Assembly (NCBI GenBank): GCA_965645245.1
Contig: OZ287083.1
Location: forward strand, 930,001-994,000
Origin: Massalongia carnosa
Lineage: Eukaryota
Reading direction: 5' to 3'
DNA: 64,000 bases
The notes beneath the pieces were generated by a model that saw only the letters and a program-made list of their open reading frames with translations, was not told the DNA's origin and ran no database searches. A program made the translations under genes and the position numbers. Shown here one piece after another: positions 12,065-22,614 of this stretch. Position 1 is the first letter of the stretch. Each line of letters begins with the position of its first letter.

Positions 12065-12862
12065 CCATAGCCGGTGCCTTTAAAGCCAATCCCATTCCAG
12101 TTCTTGAAGCATAAACATACATAGCACCCATAGATGTACACCTCGACACGCTACAGGCGCAGGCCAGATATCGACTCTGAGCCGGAGGTCAATCGAAGGT
12201 CATTTCTTCCGCATGCAGCAAAATAGTTAACAAACTTCAAGGCAAGGCAGGTCGCAAACGCCTTCAAAAACCCACTCCGGGAGAGCTGAAGCACACCTGG
12301 GCCAAAAACCTACTGATCAACGCAAAAATCGTTCAACCACCCAAAGCACACCTACCATGGTCCGACCCCTCCCCAGCGAATCTCCGCGAAGTCTTCGTAG
12401 CAGCGTTGGCTCGTCAAAAACAAATGCAGACAATTAAAGCACGACAGCTGAAAGTCTGGAACGACTCGTGGAGTGCATATCAAAATCGCGTCACCGACCC
12501 CTCTATAGCGCATTTACAATTAGTCCCACTGAGCAAAAAACGACTGAAAATACACACGCTGCTAAAAAAGGCAGAAAGCGCCCTGACAATACAGATCCGC
12601 ACCGGTAAGATCGGTCTAGCTGACTTCCTCTACTAGCGAAGGGTCCCCGCCGTCACCTCACCGGCCTGCCCATGTGGCTGGGATAGACAAACTCCAGAAC
12701 ATGTAATTATGTTCTGTAGACTTATTGACAATAGAGAACAGATGTTTTGCGCCGCTGGCACGAACAACTATCAACAGCTGACCGAAAAATCAAAAACTCT
12801 AAAGATATTAACTGCTTGGCTAATGAAAACAGGTCTACTGACCCAATTCTCACTGGCATCTA

Positions 12863-14201
12863 CAGTCCCGTGCCAAAAGCCTGCGGCCCAACCCGTGATT
12901 TTCGTGATTTCACGTTTTCAACTCATCAACCCCCTATCTTCCACCTTATCATTTCACCATGCTTCCTGCTTCTTTGACCCCCATAAGTTGTAATCGGCCT
13001 CATAACACTGAATTGACGCCATATTAATGTGGTATGATTGTTGGGGCCCAGGCGTTGGGGCACACACCGACCGAGATTGGGAAGACTATTAATTTCACTA
13101 AATCGACCGCGCAGAGCACCATTCAGAAGCACTCAATTCGCAACGACGGCGTGTCTAAATCACGTTCTGGACGGCCTGAAGTACTGTCAGAACGCGATCG
13201 ACGTTATATCATCAAGTATGCACGAATCAATCCACGAATCACTTATACACAAATCAAACTATAAATGGGGCTCGGCTGCAGTCGTACGACTATTTATCGG
13301 GCACTCAAACTGTATGGTTTAACTAACTGGGTGGCTAAAAAATGACTTTTATTGACGCCTGAGGTGGCCAAGAAATGATTGAATTGGTGCTTGCTGCGGC
13401 GTGAGAAGACTTTTGAGCAGTGGTCAAGAGTTATATAGTCGGATGATTGCTCGGTAGAAAAGGGGTCAGGAAAACAGCGTCAGTGGGTATTCAGATTGCC
13501 GAAAGAAAAAAGGAATAAAAGAGATGATACAACCTGTCCCCAAAGGCGAAGGAGTCAGTGTCATGGTCTGGGCAGCTTTTTAGGGAGATAACAGGTCAGA
13601 TCTTTACAAATTGGCTCGTGATTTTGCTGCGAAGAAGATGGGGTACTCGGCGAACTCATATATGGAATTATTGAACGATAATCTGCTTAGAATTTGGCAA
13701 CCGGGCCTCATTTTCATGCAGGATAACGCACCTATACATAAGGCTAAAAAGGTAATAGAATGGTTCAATAAGAACTGCATAGAGGTCATCGATTGGCCCC
13801 CCTATTCACCTGATTTAAATCCTATCGAGCACGTTTGGTATGTGCTCAAAAAGCTCGTCTGTCAAGTTAACCCGAACATAGATTTGGTGATCGGCAGTGA
13901 TGAAACTGTTCGTGAGGTACTTTGGGAAGCGTTAGAAGAAGCCTGGATGTTGATAGATGTGAAAATGATGAGGAGGTTAATAGAGAGCATGAATAGGAGG
14001 ATAAAAGCGTATATAGCGTCGGAAGGATGGTATACTAAATATTAAAAATCAATTTTTGGGGGAATTCTCGTTTAGCATGTATGAAATCATTATATAAAGT
14101 TTCAAGACATTTCAGCATTCGTGACGTAGTTGATTGTTGATTGAATAGAATGATTGAAATGTTAGTGGGGTGCGGGGCCGCAGACTTTTGGCCTAGTACT
14201 A
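12863..14201 (+). mobile_element. Tc1/mariner (DD34E) transposon, decayed
   Basis: TA TSD at 12861-62 and 14202-03. Imperfect ~27-bp TIRs with core GCCAAAAGYCTGCGGCCC. Transposase motifs SGRP, MQDNAPIH and WPPYSPDLNPIE, with 34 residues between D and E. Stops in the 5' half. Confidence 0.93.
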
Positions 14202-14442
14202 TACACTATTGTACAATTAACAGTAGTTTGACTTCTCTTTTCCTTCTTCTCTCACAAGGCGTCACAGTTCTTGCATGATTTTCGCTCTGCGTCTCCTATC
14301 CGACGTCGACCTGGTGTCACATCGGACAGGTATCAAGGGATATAGTTTTTACACCTGAAAAAGGGTTTCCATGTAATATAACTTAGATAACTTTGCCCGC
14401 ATGGGCCGGCCTACGCCCGGTGACATATCGGAGTATGAATAC

Positions 14443-14481
14443 ATCATCATCATCATCATAATCATCATCATCATCATCATT

Positions 14482-14512
<31 letters not shown>
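14443..14512 (+). repeat. (ATC)n microsatellite, the LINE-A 3' tail
   Basis: About 23 units directly after the conserved 3'UTR motif. Confidence 0.9.
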
Positions 14513-14513
<1 letters not shown>

Positions 14514-14738
14514 AGCATGCTTATTATTGAAGGTATGGATTATATGTGAGCTATCTACTTACGCCGCGCAACGGTTCAGGTTTCTCTACTGGAAACCCAA
14601 CCCGTTTGTGGTGAACCCTATGATTTTTGGTGTCCGGGTTGAGTTTTGAAAGAAAAACCCGGTGGCGAAAAGCAGTTTTGTGGCGAAAACCCAACCCGTT
14701 GCGCGGCGTATATCTACTCATTATATAGCAGTCATATT
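14513..14738 (-). mobile_element. Diverged copia LTR fragment that hosts the MITE
   Basis: With the MITE removed it reads 'tagcatg...attgaaggta...gctat...tatagcagtca', paralleling the copia-3 LTR at about 35232-35295. Confidence 0.55.
14560..14710. mobile_element. 151-bp hAT-type MITE
   Basis: Perfect 15-bp TIR TACGCCGCGCAACGG. 8-bp TSD TATCTACT at 14552-59 and 14711-18. Internal AACCC motifs. Confidence 0.93.
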
Positions 14739-15639
14739 TGTAACAGTTCGACCATGCGTGGTGCGGACGGCAGGACCTACAGCGAACATAGGAGTCCTAG
14801 TTATAGTAGAATAGAGTTTGGTCTGCGGACTAAGTATTGTGTCTTTTGGTAGGGAGGACAGGTGGCGCAATGGTAGAAATCTATTCACTATCTCGCTTCG
14901 TCACAGAATACTTAGTCATCAATCGTTGTACTAGTCGTGAGTTCGATTCCTGACTTGAGTTCCTCGCTTTTTCGCCTCGCTTCGACGGATTGAAGCTAGG
15001 ACGAAACGGGAAAGCGTTGGATAAAAACTCTCCATGTCGGATCGGCGAGGGCCGTACGCTAAAATGAGCCCATTATTCGGGGCTAACTATAACTGGAAGC
15101 GGCTAGGGGCTAGCCGCAGCTAGACGGGCGGTAGTGTAACGGTTCGACTATGTGTGGTGCGGACGGCAGGACCTACAGCGAACATAGCAGGAGTCCCAGT
15201 TATAGTAGAATAGAGCTTGGTCTGCGGACTAAGTATTGTGCCTTTTAGTCGGGAAGGACAGGTGGCGCAATGGTAGAAATCTATTCACTGTCACGATTCT
15301 ACACGGCACGACCTCGGCACTCGGCACCGCCTAGGGCAATCGTAGATGGAACACGCAGGTGCTTTCGATTTCGTTCCCGCGGCTGCTAGAAGGTTCCATG
15401 ACGACTATACCACATGGGTACTAGCGCAGTAGAGGATATATAGGGGCAGGTTCTGGTTGTCGATTGTCTTTTTCCTTCTTCATCTTTATTGTATTCGTTT
15501 CTAGTGTCCCTATGACTTGTCTCTAGGTAGATCATAAAATTACATTAAAGATCGTCTTCATCTATTATCCTACGTGAGGGATGTAAAAGAACTCACCGAA
15601 TCGAGGACTGAAGAAAGAACGACCCTTTCATTAGGCAAG

Positions 15640-16274
15640 TCGTACGAACCAGAGCCAGAACCACCAGAACCAGAAGGCCGCCACCCCTACAGCGTGGCAC
15701 CCAGAACCAGAACCAGAACCAGAACCAGAAGGCCGCCACCCCTACAGCGTGGCACCCAGACCCAGAATCCGAACCCAGAGGAACCATCCTCGGTGGCGGA
15801 TGTAAAAGAAACCCACATCGGAACGACAACAAGCGACCCTTGCACTAGGCCAGTCACCCAGAACCAGAACCAGAAGGCCGCCACCCCTACAGCGTGGCAC
15901 CCAGACCCAGAACCAGAACCAGAAGGCCGCCACCCCTACAGTGTGGCATCCAGATCCAGAACCCGAACCCAGAAGAACCATCCTCGGTGGCGGATGTCAA
16001 AGAAACCCACATCGGAACGACAACGAGCGACCCTTGCACTAGGCCAGTCGTACGAACCAGAACCACCAGAACCTTCAGAACCACCCAGACCCAGAAGAAC
16101 CATCCTCGGTGGCGGATGTGAAAGAAACCCACATCGGAACGACAACGAGCGACCCTTGCACTAGGCCAGTCACCCAGAACCAGAACCAGAAGGCCGCCAC
16201 CCCTACAGCGTGGCACCCAGACCCAGAACTCGAACCCAGAAGAACCATCCTCGGTGGCGGATGTCAAAGAAACC
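15640..16274 (+). repeat. Modular repeat array, continuing at 21478-21780
   Basis: (CCAGAA)n linkers join two recurring modules, each present in five copies. Confidence 0.9.
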
Positions 16275-19200
16275 TATTGTAATTGAAGCTCTGCTGGCAT
16301 AGTAAAAAGCTCACTTTTGAAACGATTGCTCTTTCTATCTACCTATCTAAGGACCGTGTTTATATAGATAGAAAAACATGCCGAAAACCGTTCTCCCTAT
16401 GACTCACCTTCCTGCTTCCTAGAAATCTAAGATTGGTGATTGACTCATATCCAATTTATGACTCGATGGGAATGTTCATTGAAGTTTTGCGGTGCTTCTC
16501 GAGGTCGTTATGTGTTGCCTAATGTTCTTACCAACGCACTAATCCCAATGCGGTACCATGTGACTCTGAGCACTTTACTAGGCATCAGTCGGGTGACTTT
16601 GCACATTACAACACTCCACTGCAAAGTTGCCAGGTGAGTAATAATATCCTAAACGCCGGTTTCCAATCTGATTTTGTGTGGCCTATGTGGTCAATTTAGG
16701 TGGCCTTATAATGAAGCGTCCTCCATCTTCCTATGCCTCTCTTAGGCCTAATTTCTCGCGCAACTTTCGAAAGATAGGTGCCGCCAGTGGTTTAGTGAAG
16801 ATATCTGCCACCATATCGTGAGTAGATACGTGCTGTATAGTGGCATAGTTTTCTTCAACGACCTCCCGAAGATAATGAAGCTGAATATCCATATGTTTGG
16901 ACCGACTATAGTGCTCAGGGTTTTTTATCAAATCGAGCGTACCCTGGTTGTCGCCATTTAGGATAATTGGTAGGTTCATATCTTTGGAGAAGTTCAACTC
17001 TCCGAACCATCTAGTTGCCCACACTATATCTTTTGAAGCCTGGCACATGGAAGAATACTCTGCTTCCATGGTAGATGTGACGACTGACCGTTGCCTCTTA
17101 CTGGCCCATATAACTGCCCCGTTTCCTAGCATCAGAACGTGGCCATATGATGATTTTCTATCATGGTTATCACCATACGCTGCATCAGCATAACTAGTGG
17201 GTCCGGTGTCATTGGGTTCGTAGGTAAGTGCCAAATTCGTGGTCCCATTCAGATATTTTATGAGATGGTCTACCGCGTTTCGGTGCCTAATTGCTGGATC
17301 GTACGTATATTGACTAAGCTTTCCAACTGCTTGGGCAATGTCTGGTCGCGTGTTGATCATCAAAAACATCAAACTCCCTATCCGTTCTTGATATTCTAAT
17401 TGGTTTGTCCTAGGTTCGTTGACGATGGCAGGACTGCATGCATCATAGTTGATCATAGGGGTAAGGACTGAATTTGCTTTATCCATCTTATATTTCTGCA
17501 GGAAGCTGCGAATGTAAGATGATTGGTCAATCATTATTTTGTCTTTCTCGCGACGTATGCGAATCCCTAAGATGAACTTTGCTGGCCCTAAGTCTTTCAT
17601 ATTATATTCCTTTATTAGTAGACTTTTGAGCTCCTTTATGGCTGTCATGCTTTTGGAAAATATCAGAAAATCATCAACATAAAGGCTAATGATAACGTGG
17701 GTAGTATGATTAACGAACACACAATTGTCTCCTGAGAGCGCTTTGAAACCAATAGATGTTAGATAATTGGTTATCTTTTTATTCCATCCTCGGCCAGATT
17801 GTTTGAGACCATAGAGTCCTTTCAGAACGTGCAACACATGGTTCGTCAGACGTGGGGGAAGCACCAAGCCTTGGGGAGGCTCCATATAGATTTCGTCATC
17901 TAGGGAGCTTTGCAAGTATGCGTTTGGTGCGTCCATTTGCTCAATATGGAAGTTATATTTACATGCGAAATATAGGAGCATTCGTAAGGATTCATACCTT
18001 AGGGTGGGTGAAAACGTGTCCCCATAGTCTGTCCCGGGGATTTGTTTGAAGCCCCTTGCTACTAATCGTGCTTTATAGCGGTCAACATGGTTAGTAGGGG
18101 TGTATTTCACTTTGAAGACCCATCTAGCGGTGATGATGTTCTTATCTGCTGGTCTTTCAATATATTTCCATGTATTATTGGCGGCGAGAGCATTTAATTC
18201 GTCTTGAATAGCAATTTTCCATTTGCGATGGTCAGTGCATTGCATGGCCTGATTATATGACTGCGGCTCGTACACTTTAGATGGTTGTTTTGCTATATTT
18301 GCCCGGTCCCGGTCCTTTTTGTTTCCATAAGAGTTATCGAATTCGTATCGGTTATACACATCTTTCCTGCGGTTGGAACGTCTGGTAGGTGATGAAGAAG
18401 GGGTCCTATTTGTCTCCTGAGTTTGGTTGTTTTGGTGCTGGGCACCTGCATCATCTTGGTGCAGATTACCCTGAGCACCTGCATCATTATCCTGATGCTG
18501 AATACCATCGCCCTAGTGCTGATCACCATTAGTAGGAACTCCCACTTGATCAGTAGTAGGGTGGTTGGTTGGTGGTGACGATTCATTGTCATCGGAAGAG
18601 TCATCGTCATTTAGGACGACGGACGGGGATGATAGGCCTTTTGTAAGTAAGGATCCCCCCGGTCTTTTTTCATCAAACTTTATTGAAGTCTGAATTTCCA
18701 CCTTTTTTGTTTCCACATTGTATAACCTATATTGATTGCTTGAATGATACCCGGTGAATATTGCCTGATATGACACATTATCTAGTTTTGAGCGTTTTTC
18801 CTTTGGGACATGCACAAAAGAGACGCATCCGAACGTACGAAAAGTGTTGATGTTAGGTCTTAGCCCGGTCCAAGACTCATTAGGCGACGTGGTGTTGGTG
18901 GCAGGTAAGAAGTTTCTGAGGTGGTTTGCTGCTACTGCTGCTTCCCCCCAGAAAGATTGTGGCAATTTGGCCCATACCAACATAGACCTTACCATTTGAA
19001 CAATGGTTCTATTGAACCTTTCGGCGACACCGTTCTGCTGGGGCGTGTATGCGGTGGTTGGCTCCATACGAATTCCTAATGGCTGAAGTTGCTCTGCGAG
19101 ATATTTATACTCTTTGGCATTATCAGCACGAAAGCGAATGATTTTGAGCCCCTTTTCCAACTCGACCATTGCCTTCCAGTCTTTTATGATGCGGTATATG

Positions 19201-21477
19201 TCTGCCCTACTTTTCATACAGAAGAGCCAAGATTTTCGGGTATAGTCGTCTATCAAAGAAACGAAATAGGTATGCCCACCTAAACTGGCCTTATTATATG
19301 GACCCCAAACGTCAGTATGTATTCTATCGAGTGGTCTATTTGGCTTCGAGAAAGGAATTTTGCTGATTGTACGGGTTATCTTAGTTAAATTGCAAATCTG
19401 GCACGGTAGGTCCAGAATTGCCTTTGAAAATTTCTTCCCTGTTGCTTGTTGAAGTCGTATATCATTGGGGTGCCCCAATCGTGTGTGCCATAACCAATAT
19501 TGGGCCTCATTGGTGGCCTCATTGGTGGTCTCTTTGGGTGCTCCCACTGGATCGCCATTGATACAGTGAGGGGTAATAGGAGGAGGAGTTTTGGGTTGAA
19601 TTTCGCCGGAGGAAAGCGAGGTCAGATTTGTGGTTGATTTAAGGTTTGCCGGTGATTCAAGGCCATCTAAATCATCATTTTCATCATGGGCTTCGAGGGC
19701 CACATGAGATGTGTGGAGGAAGTACGCCCGTCCCCTAAGAATTCCGGTAGCGACCAAAGTACCATCCCTGAAAATCTCGACACCTCTCCGGTTAAGTGAA
19801 ACGTTCAAACCCTTCCGATTAAGGGCTGCAATTGATAGCATGTTGACGTCTAGTTCAGGCACGAATAGAACGTCTGTCATCCGGATATTTTTCCCATCGA
19901 TATTGGTGCAAATCGTACCTACTCCTACGGAGAAGAGTTTTTCGCCGTTTGCAATTCTAATGGTGGTCCGGTATGGCTTGATTTGGGTGAAGATCGATTT
20001 GTTGTATGTCATATGCCTGGAGGCTCCTGAGTCAATTACCCATCCAGGTGAGTGTTGATCATCTTGCGCCATCCACGCACTATCCTCACTATCACTATTC
20101 GATTTATCCTTTGCTGCTCGTGCTGCCCCCCTTCCTCTCGGTTTGTTTTTGGACTGCTTGTTATCACTCTTTGATTTTCGGTTATTTTCTGGTCTAGGTT
20201 TCACCTCATTAGGGTGATCTTTGACCCATTTTTTACCTTCATCTGTGTTGTCCTGCCAGTCCCAGCAATCATTGCTATTATGCCTCTTTGAGCAATGTGA
20301 GCATTTGGGGATTGCCTTACCCTTGTTAATGGCCTTATTGGCCGTCTCGGTCTCTTGCCCATCTTTTAGTCGTTGCTCCACCCGTTTTAGGCTTTCCAGA
20401 GTCTTTTCTAATGTGGGATCACCAAGGTCTTCAAGGATGAACTTCGCGGTGTCATAAGCTGGGTCCTTAATGGCGTTCATGAGGGTCATGGCCACAGACA
20501 GATCTGATGGCTGTTCTGAAGTCTTTATATCTGCGATTTCCATCGCAAGGTTCTGCAATTCATTGGCGACCTCATCGATGGGTTGATCGACTGACATTTC
20601 ATATGTGTAGAATTTTCTGTGAAGCACACATATTCTGCTTTTGGCTTTGACTCCATGGACGGTCCTCAATGCTGCCCAAACATCCTTTGCGGTCTCCTTA
20701 TTCCTAACAGTGACATATTGAGACTTTTCTATATTGCCCCTGATCCAGAGCTGTGCCTGAGTGTCATCAGTAAACCATTCCTCATAGTCTTTTGGATAGG
20801 TGACAGGGTCTGGAGAAGAAATGGCCCCGTTTACTATCCTCCACATCCTTTTAGATTTGAGAAGAAGTTGCATGTCATCGGCCCAGGTCAGATAGTTGTT
20901 GGACCCAAGCTTCGGCTCTACTTTATAGTCTCCTTTTCGAATGGCTTTTGAATATGATCCATCAGGGGTTGTGCCCTCTTTCGCGGGAGCTGCGGAATCG
21001 CTCCCTTTTCCAGACATGGTCCAATAATAGGAAAACTGATGGATGGAACGAAGAGAAGTATGGCTTCGTAACTTTGAAAACAACAGAATAGATAGATTAA
21101 TTTATGCGGAAGAAAAAATTGCTTTCCGGGCTCATAACCTATTGTAATTGAAGCTCTGCTGGCATAGTAAAAAGCTCACTTTTGAAACGATTGATCTTTC
21201 TATCTACCTATCTAAGGACCGTATTTATATAGATAGAAAAACATGCCGAAACCGTTCTCCCTATGACTCACCTTCCTGCTTCCTAGAAATCTAAGATTGG
21301 TGACTGACTCATATCCAATTTATGACTCGATGGGAATGTTCATAGAAGTTTTGCGGTGCTTCTCGAGGTCGTTATGTGTTGCCTAATGTTCTTACCAACG
21401 CACTAATCCCAATGCGGTACCATGTGACTCTGAACACTTTACTAGGCATCAGCCGGGTGACTTTGCACATTGCAACA
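16275..21477 (-). mobile_element. Ty1/copia LTR retrotransposon (copia-1), nearly intact
   Basis: LTRs at 16275-16613 and 21140-21477. TSD AAACC at 16270-74 and 21478-82. PBS GGTTATGAGCCC. Gag-PR-IN-RT-RH domain order. Confidence 0.97.
16731..21083 (-). CDS. Copia-1 gag-pol polyprotein, broken in the IN-RT linker
   Basis: 18513-21083 has CSHC-H-C, WVIDSGAS, LWHTRLGH, DNAKEY and QNGVAER. 16731-18359 has KARLVARGF, LYVDD and ADIFTK. Confidence 0.93.
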
Positions 21478-22236
21478 AAACCCACATCGGAACGACAACG
21501 AGCGACCCTTGCACTAGGCCAGTCGTACGAACCAGAACCACCAGAACCTTCAGAACCACCCAGACCCAGAAGAACCATCCTAGGTGGCGGATGTAAAAGA
21601 ACCCCACATCGGAACGACAACGAGCGACCCTTGCACTAGTTAGGCCAGTCGTACGAACCAGAACCAGAACCAGAACCAGAACCACCAGATACCAGACACC
21701 AGAAACCAGACAGCAGGCACCAGACACCAGAAACCAGACAGCAGGCACCAGACACAAGACACCAGACCCCAGACACCAAAGCACTAACTGGACCGAAATT
21801 ACCGGAAAATCGACGAAAGAGCTTGGAAAGACACGGGAAACCTTGGCAAAGAATCGGAAGCACTTCAGCTAATGAACCAGTTTTACCGCTGACTACTGAC
21901 TGCCTGCACCGCTTGCACCGCCTAGTTCGCGCTCAGGTGATCGCGATTTAAAGCGAAGGGTAGTGTCACGATTCTACACGGCACGACCTCGGCACTCGGC
22001 ACCGCCTAGGGCAATCGTAGATGGAACACGCAGGCGCTTTCGATTTCGTTCCCGCAGCTGCTAGAAGGTTCCATGACGACTATACCACATGGGTACTAGC
22101 GCAGTAGAGGATATATAGGGGCAGGTTCTGGTTGTCGATTGTCTTTTTCCTTCTTCATCTTTATTGTATTCGTTTCTAGTGTCCCTATGACTTGTCTCTA
22201 GGTAGATCATAATATTCACTATCTCGCTTCGTCACA

Positions 22237-22614
22237 TATATAATCTCTCAAAAGATCTTTAATGCATTTTGCCTTTAAGACACGAAGATCAGCAGAACTT
22301 TTTAATTTGTTTATGAGGCACGTAGATCATCAAGACTTTGTAGTTTGTTTATGAAACACGTAGGTAAACAGGACTTTAGAATTTGCTTATAAAATACGTA
22401 AATCAGTTGAACTTTGTAATTTGTCTATGAATACTGTAAACAATCGCTTCTGTCTCTCGTACACATGAAGATTTAATATGTCTCGTTAATAGAACCTTTG
22501 ACGATAGAAATCGATGCATAATTGTTTTAACATTGAATGCAGCGAATAAATCTGCTTCGATTTCTATGTGATCGATAACGCTTTTTCGAGCTCATAATCT
22601 ATTGAGATAGATAT
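22237..22614 (-). mobile_element. Old AT-rich copia 5' leader remnant
   Basis: Mutated PBS (plus strand gagctcataatc, about 22588-99) next to an LTR-like end 'tattgagatag'. About five degenerate ~38-bp tandem units at about 22250-22435. Confidence 0.55.

Larger units (their letters stand above)
1942..14512 (+). mobile_element. LINE-A: decayed Tad1-clade non-LTR retrotransposon interrupted by three insertions
   Basis: ORF1 with CCHC knuckles. ORF2 has an endonuclease (LQYNV, IQEP, GDFNLHH, SDH) and RT (GIPQGSPLS, FVDD). ORF2 resumes at 11381, 12065 and 14204 and ends '...ASTLLYN*' at 14220. (ATC)n tail at 14443-14512. Several stops and frameshifts. Confidence 0.95.
15289..22214 (+). mobile_element. 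Non-autonomous gypsy-type LTR element (~1.7 kb net) with an internal repeat array
   Basis: 251-bp LTRs at 15289-15539 and 21964-22214 (3 differences). TSD TTCAC at 15284-88 and 22215-19. PPT AAAGCGAAGGGTAG. No pol motifs. Confidence 0.92.
14739..22236 (+). mobile_element. TRIM-like miniature LTR element (~570 bp net), 3' LTR split by a nested insertion
   Basis: 5' LTR 14739-14905 (TGTAAC...GTCACA). 229-bp non-coding interior ending in purine-rich GACGGGCGGTAG. 3' LTR is 15135-15288 plus 22220-22236. Flanks (ATATT/TATAT) are not a perfect TSD. Confidence 0.88.

Noticed and set aside
14401..14649. Poly-isoleucine ORF
   Set aside because: Translation of the (ATC)n LINE tail.
14856..14965. Functional tRNA gene
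   Set aside because: A and B boxes are present, but I cannot fold a D stem, anticodon arm or clean acceptor stem.
15574..16164. 196-aa Pro/Thr/Arg-rich ORF
   Set aside because: Read-through of a stop-poor repeat array, GTG start, no recognisable domain.
15640..16274. CRISPR-like array
   Set aside because: The intervening pieces are themselves repeats, not unique spacers, and the context is a eukaryotic LTR element.
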